Below are positions 24,097 to 35,990 of a stretch of DNA of 64,000 bases, piece by piece. This DNA comes from Heptranchias perlo. Lineage: Eukaryota. A model generated the notes under the pieces. That model did not search any database. It was given only the letters and a program-made list of their open reading frames with translations, and was not told where the DNA came from. The stretch covers positions 43,772,001 to 43,836,000 of the forward strand of contig NC_090328.1 of assembly GCF_035084215.1 (NCBI RefSeq), written 5' to 3'. The position numbers and the translations under genes were made by a program. The first letter of the stretch is position 1. Every line of letters starts with the position of its first letter.

Positions 24097-25116
24097 TCTC
24101 ATTGAATGGCAGAACAGGCTCGAGGGACTAAATGGCCGACTCCTGTTCCAATCTTCCTATGTTCCTATAATAAAGTTTCAACACTCTACAGGGAGTGGGT
24201 TGGCTGGCTGACAGGCAACAGCAAGGCACTGGCGGAGTGGCAGGGGTGGAACAGGAATGCTGTCATCCTGAGAGAGGACAGCAGGTTCATGTTCCATGGA
24301 GCCAGTGTCACTTGCTGCCTCCTGTTATGCGCCATCTTCTCCTGCATGAAAGTGAGAAGTACATCGGTGAGTGTCCTGCAAGATGTTTGGGCGATGTGGC
24401 TGTCATAGTTGAATAGCTGCCAGTGTGTGTGACCTCTGAGTTGTGGGTGTATGGCTTGCAGTCGTGGTAATGTGTGAGGTTGAGAGGAAGCATCTGATTG
24501 GAAGGATTGAGTACCGATTGAAAAAGTTTGTTGGTAAGTGGGTGGGTGATGGGGGGTGTAGTGTGTGGAGCAGTGGATGAGGCTAGTGCTGCATTTGGTA
24601 GGATATGCCACTTGACCACTTGACCGTGACCACTCGTGACAAATCATTGCACTTCTTCCTACACTGCATCCATGTTCATGGTGTTATGCGCCTGACATTG
24701 ACTCACCCCCTACTGCCTCGGAAGCATATGCCTGGAGGACCTATTGCCCCCCTGCAGATATAAGATGTCACTCTTTCTGTCCACCTCTTGCACCAAGGCC
24801 TCCAGTGCATTATCAGAGAACCCTGGTGCACGCTCTCTCGCAGGCCTGGTACAAACTCAAATCAGCAGATTGGTGGGGACTGGCGTGCAGATTGGAAGAA
24901 GTGGGATGTAGTTTTAAGCATCCTTTATTTAATATTTTAAAATAAATCAACAGTTTTTAAACTTAGGGATGGGACCTGCATCTGTGTGTGCAATTTCTGA
25001 TCTCCGTTCAGACTCGTATCTTAAGTTGCTGCTCATTAAAAATTCCAGAGTTCCCACCATCACCATGCATCACTATATTGCAGCACAGATTCACTTCACC
25101 ATTGACTTCCCCCACA

Positions 25117-25980
25117 TTTTTTTCATTTGTTCATGGGATGTGGGCATCCCTGGCGAGGTCAGCATTTATTGCCCATCCCTAATTGCCCTTGAGAAGGTGG
25201 CGCCTTCTTGAACCGCTGCAGTCCGTGTGGTGACGGTTCTCCCACAATGCTGTTAGGAAGGGAGTTCCAGGATTTTGACCCAACGACGATGAAGGAATGG
25301 CGATATATTTCCAAGTCGGGATGGTGTGTGACTTGGAGGGGAACGTGCAGGTGGTGTTGTTCCCATGTGCCTGCTGTCCTTGTCCTTCTGGGTGGTAGAG
25401 GTCGCGGGTTTGGGAGGTGCTGTCGAAGAAGCCTTGGCGAGTTGCTGCAGTGCATCCTGTGGATGGTACACACTGCAGCCACAGTGCGTCGGTGGTGAAG
25501 GGAGTGAATGTTTAGGGTGGTGGATGGGGTGCCAATCAAGCAGGCTGCTTTGTTCTGGATGGTGTCGAGCTTCTTGAGTGCTGTTGGAGCTGCACTCATC
25601 CAGGCAAGTGGAGAGTATTCCGTCACACTCCTGACTTGTGCCTTGTAGATGGTGGAAAGGCTTTGGGGAGTCAGGAGGTGAGTCACTCACTGCAGAATAC
25701 CCAGCCTCTGACCTGCTCTTGTAGCCACAGTATTTATGTGGCTGGTCCAGTTAAGCTTCTGGTCAATGGTGACCCCCAGGATGTTGATGGTGGGGGATTC
25801 GGCGATGATAATGCCGTTGAATGTCAAGGGGAGGTGGTTAGACTCTCTCTTGTTGGAGATGGTCATTGCCTGGCACTTGTCTGGTCCGAATGTTACTTGC
25901 CACTTATCAGCCCAAGCCTGGATGTTGTCCAGGTCTTGCTGCATGCGGGCACGGACTGCTTCATTATCTGAGAGGTTGCG
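25117..25980 (-). mobile_element. 5'-truncated 'family B' LINE nested in Harbinger copy 2
   Basis: QQDLDNIQAWADKWQVTF..LGVTIDQKLNWTSHI..YKAQVRSVTEYSPLAW; the poly-A tail appears as a T-run at 25117. Confidence 0.93.
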
Positions 25981-26492
25981 GCCACAGTGCACCTCCCCTT
26001 TAAGAGGTGCAGGCTGCCTTTAAGTGGAGCTAGCCACTCCCAATATCAGGCCCCCTGCTGGTATGTGTAGCCACTCAAAAGCGCAAGTAGCGCTGGCTGC
26101 CCGCAGCAATCACTATAATCACCAGGCAGCGCGCATGTTATGTGCTGCCTGCATCTCAACGACTGGGCAGGGTTAATCACGCACCATGATCTCAGCGCCC
26201 GTTTTCAGGAGTTAACCAATTTAACCCCCCATGTTTCCTATGAGCTGAACTGAAACTATGGGCCTAGGAATTTGTTGGCGCTGCACCCATTTTACAGGAG
26301 TAAAACAACAGCCTAATCATCCAAAATGGCAGGCGGTGCATGCACACTCATATTGTAAGACCCTTTCGTGCAATTGATCTGCTGCAGCACCTGACTCACT
26401 ACATGATAAACTCGTACAGCAACTCGTAGCGCTATCAGGCAGCAAGGACCCTCCAACACTATTTAAAGAACTCATCCACTACATAACAGGTT

Positions 26493-28553
26493 ATAGAATC
26501 ATACAATCGTAGAAAATAGGAGCAAGAGCAGGCCATTCGGGCCTGCTCTGCCATTCAAAATGATCATGGCTGATCGTCTAACTCAGTACCCTGTTCCCAC
26601 TTTTTCCCCATATCCCTTGATCCCTTTAGCATTAAGAAATATATCTATCTCCTTCTTAAATATATTTAATGACTTGGCCTCCACTGCCTTCTGTGGTAGT
26701 GAATTCCACAGATTCACCACCCTCTGAGTGAAGAAATTTCTCCTCATCTCGGTGCTAAATGGCATACCCCGTATCCTGACACTGTGACCCCTGGTTCTGG
26801 ATTCCCCATCCATTGGGAACATCCTCCCTGCATCTAGTCTGTCTCGTCCTGTTAGAATTTTATATGTTTCGATGAGATTACCTCTCATTCTTCTAAACTT
26901 GAGTGAATATAGGCCTAGTCGACCCAATTTCTCCTCATGCGTCAGTCCTGCCATCCCAGGAATCAGTCTGGTAAACCTTTGTTGCACTCCCTCCATGGCA
27001 AGGACATCCTTCCTCAGATAAGGAGACCAAAACAGCACACAATACTCCAGATGTGGTCTCACCAAGGCCCTGTACAACTGCAGTAAGACATCCCTGCTCC
27101 TATACTCAAATCCTCTTGCAATGAACGCCAACATACCATTCGCCTTCCTAACTGCTTGCTGCACCTGAATGCTTGCTTTCAGCGACTGGTGTACAAGGAC
27201 ACCCAGGTCTCGTTGCACCTCCCCTTTTCCCAATCTATCACCATTCAGATAATAATCTGTCTTTCTGTTTTTACAACCAAAGTGAATAACCTCACATTTA
27301 TCCACGTTATACTGCATCTGCCATGTTCTTGCCCACTCACCCAACTTGTCTAAATCACATTGGAGCCTCTTTGCATCCTCCTCACAGCTCACATTCCACC
27401 CCAGCTTTGTGTCATCTGCAAACTTGGAAATGTTACATTTAGTTCCCTTATCCAAATCATTGATATATATTGTGAACAGCTGGGGCCCAAGCACTGATCC
27501 CTGCGGTACCCCACTAGTCACTGCCTGCCACCCGGAAAAAGACCCGTTTATTCCTACTCTCTGTTTCCTGTCTGTCAACCAATTCTCAATCCATGCCAGT
27601 ATATTCCCCCCAATCCCATGTGCTTTAATTTTGCACACTAACCTCTTGTGTGGGACGTTATCAAAAGCCTTCTGAAAATCCAAGTACACCACATCCACTG
27701 GTTCTCCCCTATCTATTCTACTAGTTACCTCCTCAAAAAACTCCAGTAGATTTGTTAAGCATGATTTCCCTTTCATAAACCCATGCTGACTTTGTCCAAT
27801 CCCGTTAATGCCTTCCAAGTGTTCTGTTATCACATCCTTTATAATAGACTCTAGCATTTTCCCCACTACTGATGTTCGGCTAACTGGTCTGTAACTCCCT
27901 GTTTTATCTCTCCTTCCTTTTTTAAATAATGGGGTTACATTTGCCACCCTCCAATCTGTAGGAACTGTTCCAGAGTCTATAGAATTTTGGAAGATGACCA
28001 CCAATGCATCCGTTATTTCCAGGGCCACTTCCTTTAGTACTCTGGGATATAGATTATCAGACCCTGGGGATTTGTCAGCCTTTAGCCCCATTAATTTCCC
28101 TAGCACTATTTTTTTACTAATACTGATTTCCTTCAGTTCCTCCCTCTCACTAGACCCTTGGTTCCCTCACATTTCCGGGAGGTTATTTGTGTCCTCCTTT
28201 GTGAAGACAGAATCAAAGTATGTGTTTAATTGTTCTGCCATTTCTTCGTTCCCCATTATAATTTCCCCCATTTCTGACTGTAAGGGACCTACATTTGTCT
28301 TCACTAATCTTTTTCTCTTGACATTTTTATAGAAGCTTTTACAGTCAGTTTTTATGTTCCCTGCTAGTTTACTCTCATACTCTATTTTTCCCTTCTTAAT
28401 CAATCTCTTTGTTCTCCTTTGCTGAATTCTGAACTGCTCCCAATCCTCAGGCTTGCCGCTTTTTCTGGCAATTTTATATGCCTCCTCTTTGGATCTAATA
28501 CTGTACCTAATTTCTTTTGTAAGCCATGGTTCAGCCACCTTTCCTGTTTTATT
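26493..28553 (-). mobile_element. 5'-truncated CR1 LINE, ORF2 nearly intact
   Basis: ORFs 28167-28538 (PWLTKEIR..LNTYFDSVFT) and 26583-28106 (507 aa: KSPGSDNLYP, QHGFMKGKSCL, GVPQGSVLGP, YINDLD, FADDTK). Confidence 0.96.
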
Positions 28554-28692
28554 TAGTTAGTTGCTGGTTTGTCCTTTTAGGCTGCTGGTTAACTTCTGGG
28601 CGGTTATTTTGCCTATTTTCTAACTTCTACAGCTAATTTCTGCTAAGAAATGGATTGCTTTTGGCTGCCATCAAAATAGTTTCACTGCAGTA

Positions 28693-29730
28693 ATGGGTGG
28701 TCTGGTAGGTCTGCCTTTGTGGCTGGAGGACGAGGGGGAGCAGCCAAGAAGACAGGAGAGAGCAGGAGCAGCTGGGAGAGGTGGCAGGAGGAGGCCACTG
28801 CGCAGAAGGCCATACCCACAGTGGGTCTTCAGGGAGCACTTCTCCCACCTTAACTTCACTGAGAAGCAATGTGTCAGGGACCTTTGCTTCTCAAAGGAGA
28901 ATATTACCGAGCTATTTCACCTGCTGCAGCCACAACTCAAAACTCGAACCAGATCATGGATAGCACTCTCTGTGGCTGTCATGGTCACCGTGGCCCTTAA
29001 CTTTAATGCAACAGGTTCCTTCCACGCTGCAGCAGGCGACATCAGTGACATCTCCCAGTTTGCTGTTCACCATTGTATCGGTGATCACCCAGTTTCTCTG
29101 TACCAGGAGGAACACCTACATATTTTTCCCAATGGACAGACCGAAGCAGAACGAGAGGACACTAGACTTCACCCACATTGCAGGCTTCCCCAGTGTGCAA
29201 GGTGCCATTGACTGCACCCACATTGCCTTGCGTGCTCCCCATCACCATACTAGCACCTTTCTGAATGGAAAGGGATTCAACTCCCTCAATGTCCAGCTTG
29301 TTTGCGACCACAGGCAGCACATCATACGGGTCTGTGCCTGGTTTCCTGGCAACAGTCATGATTCTTTCAGCATGCGCCAGTCCTCTGGGCCGCCTTTCGT
29401 CCCACCAGGCCGTCAGGCCTCAGGCTGGCAACTGGGCAACAAGGGCTATCCCCTTCAGACAGGGCTCACGACACATCAAGCAGTTGGCTTCCTCAAGCAT
29501 CACTTCCGGTGCCTGGACCATTTGGGAGGAGCTTTGCAATACAGCCCTGACAGTGTATCCAGAATTGTGGTCGTCTGCTGTATAACTTTGCCATAATGAG
29601 GGACCATCCCTTACCACAAACTGGGCAGCAAGAAGTGCTGTATGAGCAGGAGGAGGGGCCACATGAAGAGGAGGAAGAGCACGAGCAGCATCGACCACCT
29701 AGCTGCCAGGGCTCTTGGAGAGCAGCTAAT
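28693..29730 (+). pseudogene. HARBI1-like DDE transposase of Harbinger copy 3, frameshifted
   Basis: RRPYPQWVFRE..VTVALNFNATGSF..GFPSVQGAIDCTHIAL..NGKGFNSLNVQLVCD..PGNSHDSF..LGNKGYPL..LKHHFRCLD. Confidence 0.9.
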
Positions 29731-29732
29731 CT

Positions 29733-30286
29733 ATTTATTGCTCATCCCTAATTGCCCTTGAGAAGGTGGTGGTGAGCCGCCTTCTTGAACTGCTGCAGTC
29801 CATGTGATGAAGGTTTTCCCACAGTGCTGTTAGGAAGGGAGTTCCAGGATTTTGACGCAGCAACGATGAAGGAATGGCGATATATTTCCAAGTCGGGATG
29901 GTGTGTGACTTGGAGGGGAACGTGCAGGTGGTGTTGTTCCCATGTGCCTGCTGCTCTTGTCCTTCTAGGTGGTAGAGTTCGTGGGTTTGGGAGGTGCTGT
30001 CGAAGAAGCCTTGGCGAGTTGCTGCAGTGCATCCTGTGGATGGTACACACTGCAGCCACTGTGCACTGGTGGTGAAGGGAGTGAATGTTTAGGGTGGGGG
30101 ATGGGGTGCCAATCAAGCGGGCTGCTTTGTCCTGGATGGTGTCGAGCTTCTTGAGTGTTGTTGGAGCTGCACTCATCCAGGCAAGTGGAGGGTATTCCAT
30201 CACACTCCTGACTTGTGCCTTGTAGATGGTGGAAAGGCTTTTGGGAGTCAGGAGGTGAGTCACTCGCCGCAGAATACCCAACCTCT
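29733..30286 (-). mobile_element. 'Family B' LINE 3' fragment nested in Harbinger copy 3
   Basis: RLGILRRVTHLLTPKSLSTIYKAQVRSVMEY..KSWNSLPNSTVG..FKKAAHHHLLKGN. Confidence 0.93.
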
Positions 30287-30441
30287 TATCACCACCGTCC
30301 TTACTACCACCATCCAAATGCATTCCTTCAGCCCAGCCTTATGGGTTTTGTCTTTACTTCACAACAAATATTAACACCAACACCAAATCCAGAACAAAAA
30401 AGAATTATCCACCAATTCAACCTCATAATTAACAGGAATAA

Positions 30442-31360
30442 TTAAGAATCACCGTTGTGCAACCCCTTAGTGCCTGTCTTCTGCGCTTGTTTACCTATCC
30501 TAGTCCTCCTACAAAGTGTACCCCCATTGACTACAGCTTGCGACGTGGAAGGATGCTGAGCTTCCAGATCGCTGTGGTGGGTGATCTCGAGCAGCTCTGA
30601 GCCTTGAGGACCAGGCTGCAGCATCTCGGTGTGGGCCTGACAGTCTGGCCCAGCTAGCAGTGTCGCACTCACAAGGCACTGGTGGAGTCTGTAGCAGGGG
30701 AGTAGGCATGCTGTCATCATGAGAGAGGACAGCAGGTGCCTGTCTCGTGGAGCCAAGGCCACTGTAATGGGACTGTGCCTCACCACTCCTATGGTTCTGC
30801 ACGAGAACAGAGTACAGGAGTGATGTGATGCTCTAGAAGCCCCTGTCAACACTGGCCTCAGAGCCAAGATGGCAGCCATCTGAGCTTCCATGGCAACAGT
30901 ACGAGCTGCTAGGGAGGCTGTCAGCAGAGGCTCCATCATAGTGGGCACCACTGTAGTATTGATGGAACTGATGGCTTGCTTCATGTTGGACAGAATAGTC
31001 CCCATGCTCTGCGTGAAGCCCTGACACAAGTTGGAGCTGGACTCTTCTGTTCTCTGAGCCATTGTACGTAGGCTCACTGGTAGGCTGCCCAGTGCACCTA
31101 ATATTTCCTGGTACACGCCCATCAGCTTGGGCCCTCGGTCAGCATCTTGTGTCTGCAGCAGAGCTAAAACGTGATCTTGCCTTCCGGCAAATGGCCCTGT
31201 GGCATCCTATCCTCCTGCATGCTTGTGGCCAGTGACTCATCACGTGAAGACACCCCTCCTCTAGCCTACCATCTAAAGTATACATGGTGTCAGTCTCTGA
31301 GCTTGCTAGGGTCAGATTGAGTGATGCTGCAACTTCAGGAAGGCTGGCCTTCTGATCCTG
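30442..31360 (-). pseudogene. Last exon of the Harbinger Myb/SANT partner gene (copy 3)
   Basis: EESSSNLCQGF..AMEAQMAAILAL..HPSTSQA..KTGTKGLHNGD, homologous to 3397-4050 of copy 1. Confidence 0.8.
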
Positions 31361-33109
31361 AAGTGGCAGAGGGGAGTCCTTTGAGGTGTTTCGAGAATGT
31401 GCTTGTCATGGTCAAACAGTTTGTACGTTCTGTGTAAGATGCGAGGTATGGGGATGTGAGGAGAATTAAACTATAGAAGACTTTTAATCAGTCCTAGAGT
31501 ATCTAGTGGGGTAATGAATCAGGATCATCTGATGCTTGATGCATTCATTGGGGAACAATTCAGTGTTGTTTGCAGTTTCTTTTGAGAGAAGGATTCAACC
31601 ACATCCCAGATTATCCATGATCTTGTACCTTGGTTGTGAAAACAAGTCAATATAGACTATGACCTGGGCTTCAGATTTACCTTTGTGAGGAATTTTATAA
31701 TTTCTGAAGTGAAATGCAGCAATTTTCAAATAAACAGAAACAGCCATCCTTACTGTTGTACATATTTATGTGCACATTTGTGAATAGCAGAGGGATAGTC
31801 TTACACAAATATAAATTGGATCTAAATGCTTTAATATTTCCATTGGAATGAGAAGTGGGATTAAAGAGCTCTTCTAATTAACACTAATTGTATAGCATAG
31901 AAAACATTCCAAGTTTCTGACCAATACTGGCTCGAAATATAAAAGATGTGAGTTGGCTAGATTTAACATACTGAATTTCTGTCTACAGATCCATTTACTC
32001 ATAAACCCTAACAGCACTCACCTTTTCTATCTATGTAAGATGATCTACCTTCCATTTCAGGGTCTCCAGGATATCTTGCTCACCCTTGGTCATCAATTCT
32101 GGGCTAAGGCCAGTTTCAATCTTAGTCTCCAGCTGAGACTCAGATTACTGATAATAGTTCTCAGGTTCTCTACCTAAAGGCAGTTCCAGTATCTAATATT
32201 CATCCACAGCTTAATTCCTATTTGTGATCAGGCCCAGTTTCAGAATTCCTTCTCTGACCAGTCTCTGTTCCTGTCTACAGCCAGTCCTAGTTACCAAATC
32301 ACAGCTCCTCTTATATTCAACACAGAGCGAGGTGTAATTAATAGCAAATGGGGGTTATAGATCAAATTGAATGTAGACAGACTTCTTTTAAAATGGGAAT
32401 GTATAGTTTTCTGTTCCTTCGGGATTCTACTGTGGGAGGATAAGTATTCAAGTTATTTCTGAATAGCATAAGAAGTTATGCAAACTATGCAAAATATGCA
32501 TTGACAGGAATAAGAATGCATTGATTCATTTGTGGTAGGCTTTGAGTGGATAGTTTCTAAAATTTTGTTCATTTATATTATATTGCAAATTAAATAGGGA
32601 TTGCTCTCTGTAATTAAATGATTTAACAGCAATAGCTGTTAATAGTCAATAATTCAACTCAGTTCTCCTTTTCTAAAGGTCTTGGTTACAAAATAAAGAA
32701 TACGTACACATGCATCAACACAACCTGCAGGCTTCCACTTATTAGAAATTTTGAACTACATGATAATCCCCTCTGATCAGCAAAAAAGAGGCATGTAAAT
32801 AATTTGTTCTTTGCACTTTTCAAAAACTGTCCATTAAGTAGGAGGTGGCTTATTGAGGGCAAAATGGTGGAAACTGGGCAGGCGCGCAATTAAAGTGATC
32901 CATGGGACTTAACTGCACCGATCCCGTTGCCTCCCTGTAGGTTCTGATCTTAACCTGCTCTTCTGAGCAGGCGAGAGGGACACCCGCCAGAAGCCAGCGG
33001 AATCCTTCTTTCAATATGCAGATTGGGCTCCGATGACATAATTGGCACCTGATTGCCATTTTAACCGGAATTCTGCCCGACTCCGCTCTGGGTTAAATGC
33101 GACCCCTTT

Positions 33110-33435
33110 AATTCTGTTTTTACAGAGAAGAGTGAAGGAAGCCATCAAAGGCTTGATGAGGATGCAGAAAGGTAACTAAAAGATATATGCATATGTAAGA
33201 AAATGGTGTTGAGGGTGCAAATCATTGCTGTGCCAGGTATGCGCCCCACAAACATGAATGTTCGTGAGGAAAGAAGGGAAGCATTAAGCATGATTTTTCA
33301 AAATTATTAGGGATGTGAGCCTTGTCAAAGGACTGCCGGGTGAGAAATGTTACATCTGTGTTCCAAAAAGGCGAAAGGGATAAGTCAGGCATTTATCAAG
33401 CAGGTAAGCTTGCGTTGGTATTGGAAAAGTTAAAA
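33110..33435 (+). mobile_element. Highly degraded CR1 ORF2 fragment
   Basis: Remnants of SVFTE..EALSMIFQN..NVTSVFQKG.RDKSG.Y. Confidence 0.55.
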
Positions 33436-33443
33436 AAGACCAT

Positions 33444-35990
33444 GGGGTATTTTCAATGAGCACCTGCCCGTTTCACCTTGAAAAAATTGGTGCCAGGACC
33501 CCGAAAACTGAGTTGTGATCTCGCCTACCATTGCCACGCCGGACGTGCGCCTGACGCCATTTTGAGCCAGACCTTCTTTTAAGTGTCCAGCATACCCACC
33601 TGAAATCGGCGGGGGTCTACCTAATTATGCAAAGGAGGATCCTAAACTGCTCTGGTGTCCCATTCGTCAGTTGCACAATGCTCACAGTTAGCGGGAACAG
33701 TTGGGAGGGCATCATTTCCAACAATACTTGAAGGGATCATCAGCTGCTCTCAGGTAAAGCACTGGTTTGTATATTATGGCTACTAGTGTGCTGCTTTCAC
33801 TTTTTTGGCTGCTGCAGCTGACATGAATCTTTTCAGAAAGTTATTTGGCTGAGTCTGCAGTGGATTGTTGAGCAGGGACTTCTGGCAAACTTTTGTTTGG
33901 CTTTATGGGTGTGGTGATTGGGATGCCACAATGGCTGGAAGAGGAGGAGCGGCAGGCAAGAGTCCAGAGACATGCAGCTGCAGTGAGAAGAGGCAGAAGG
34001 TGGGAAGCTCACAGGAGGCCATACCTCCCTTGAGTGTACAGACTCAGAACGTTATACCTGTAGTTCAGCAAAGAGAAGTGTGGGAGGAGGCTCCGGTATA
34101 CCACGGAGGCCATCACAGAGCTATGTCACCTGATGCAGACCAGCCCCAGGTCATATACATCCTTGTCCGTGGCTCGGAATGTAACAGTGGCCCCAAATGT
34201 ATTTATGCCTCAGAGTCATTCCAGGCCACAGCAGGTGACATCCGTAACGTTAATCAATCAGCTGTGCATTCTTGCATAAAACGGATTATGGATGTGCTGT
34301 TCGCCATAGCCAATGACTTCATTTCCTTCCCATGGAGGCCACGAAGCAGGCAGACCAGGTTCTGGGCTCCCCCAACAGTTATAGCTTAGAAGGCTGCTGT
34401 ACCTCCGATGAGGGCACTTGAGATGGCCATGGTCAGCGACCTCGAGGAGCTTGGGCCTGCAAAGGCTCGGCTGCAGACTGCCGCACCTTGGGTGCTGCCA
34501 GAACAGTCCGGCCCAACTGGCTTTGTGGGTGGCGGGGCGTAGGCACGCTGTCATCTTGAATGAATACAGCATGTGCCTCTCCCATGGTGCCACTGCACTT
34601 CGCATCTGATCTGTGCAATGGCAGACTGTGGGAGTGCTGTGACGGCTTTAGTTGTCAGTCGTGGCTCAGTGGAAGCACACTCACCTCTGAATCAGAAGGT
34701 AGTGGGTTCAAAGTCCCACTCCAGGGACTTGAGCACAAACCATAGGCTGACACCTAAATACTACGGGAGTGCTGCACTGTCAGAGTTGCTGTCTTTTGGA
34801 TGGTACGTTAAACCGAGGCCCCGTCTGCTCTCTCAGGTGGATGTAAAAGATCCCATGCCATTATTTTGAAGAAGAGCAGGGGACCTCTCCTCAGTGTCCT
34901 AGCCAATATTTATCTCCCAACCAACACACTAAAACATATTATCTGGTCATTATCACATTGCTGTTTGTGGAATCTTGCTGTGCGCAAATTGGCTGCCACA
35001 TCTCCTACATTAGAACAGTGGCTTACACTTCAAAAGTGCTTCATTGGCTTTAAAGTGTTTGGGACATCCTGAGGTTGTGAAAGGCACTATATAAATGCAA
35101 GTCTTTCTTTTTTCTTTCTTTTTCCTTCAAGCTTATCAAGCTGGCGGAAATGCATGGCATTATTAGGAGCATTCCTAAAAGATGCTACTACTGGTGCCAG
35201 AGATTCCTGGATAGCAGGCCCGCCTGCAGTGTGCATAGAGGTGACCACACGCTCCATGGTACACTCCAGTGACTCAATGTCATCTATGATTGCTACACAT
35301 GTATGTGGGAAGTAGAATCCACAGTCCAACATGGTGCACCTGACAGTTTCTGGTGCACAGTTACAATTCTTCTTTGGTAGGTGGGCTTTGGAAGTCCTCA
35401 TCTGTGCCCTCTACAGCAGGGCTAGGACACAAAGTCGCCCTCTGGGTGAGCTGTGGCCTGAGCCATTCTCTCCCCCTGCCCATTAGTGCTCAGTGCCTCA
35501 CTCAGTTCTAACCCCTCTAAGTCATTGTCTCTCAGTCATGCGGTGCCAATTTCTGAGCTGGTGCTTGTAAGGCTGAGAGTAAGTGCATTTTCAGTTGGAA
35601 GGTCCTCCTCCTTCGGTGCTGCCAATGGGCCCAGGACTTGCATAGGACCTGGAAAGAGGGGAAGAGAGAAAATGGGTCATAGCTAGAGGCAAGGGTAAGT
35701 TGTTGAAAATGAGTAGTCGCTCAGTGTAGCACCAGGGTATGCTGCAGATTGTGTGAGAGGGATAGTTCAGTGATAAGACAAAAGGGGAGGGCCAAGCACT
35801 CTGTGGCATGTTTCCTTCCAACTCACCATATGCTACTGCTCTGGCTCTCCCTCTGCCCAGTACATCCATGGCAGCTACTGTCAAGGCTTGGAAAGATGTT
35901 GCTCCTCTTCCAGTGTGAGTCTTCTCCCTGGCATTGTGTGCCACCTTGTCCTGCAAGAGGAAAGGGAGCCTGCTACGGAATGGCATGCTG
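33444..35990. mobile_element. Older decayed Harbinger (copy 4) interrupted by a SINE
   Basis: Transposase N-terminus on + (RRPY.., YASESFQATAGDIRNVNQSAVHSCIKRIMDVLF, about 33906-34390); partner exons on - (LQDKVAHNAREKTHTGRG near 35780-35955; exon 3 at 34400-34650 and 35130-35650). Confidence 0.75.
34652..35125 (+). mobile_element. Full-length Deu-domain SINE inserted in Harbinger copy 4
   Basis: GTGGCTCAGTGG and GGTTCAAAGTCCC boxes; Deu core; tail GAAAGGCACTATATAAATGCAAGT plus (TTTC)n. Confidence 0.9.

Larger units (their letters stand above)
22426..24168 (+). mobile_element. CR1 3' end (22426-22650 plus 24094-24168) split by a second CR1 insertion
   Basis: RKHFYTQRAIEVWNSLPQ..GTCACAGATCAGCCA is interrupted and resumes as TGATCTCATTGAATGGCAGAACAGG..TTCCTATGTTCCTAT. 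Confidence 0.85.
21996..26230. mobile_element. Internally deleted Harbinger (copy 2; same family as copy 1, opposite orientation) carrying nested LINEs
   Basis: TIRs GGGGGCTAAATTGG / CCAATTTAACCCCCC; 21996-22400 is the reverse complement of about 5500-5911; 24190-24860 is Myb/SANT exon 1, intron and exon 2 start on - (EKMAHNRRQQ); 25987-26230 is the reverse complement of 1908-2120. Confidence 0.88.
26260..31385. mobile_element. Decayed Harbinger (copy 3) with nested CR1 and family B LINE; second TIR not found
   Basis: Leader similar to copy 2 (CCAAAATGGC..ATTTAAAG..ACAGGTTA|GTTGCTGG); transposase on + (28693-29730), partner exon 3 on - (30442-31360). Confidence 0.75.

Noticed and set aside
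33126-33171. Apparent exon with TTTTTACAG acceptor and AG|GTAACT donor
   Set aside because: Sits within a degraded CR1 ORF2 fragment; the apparent acceptor is the SVFT codons.
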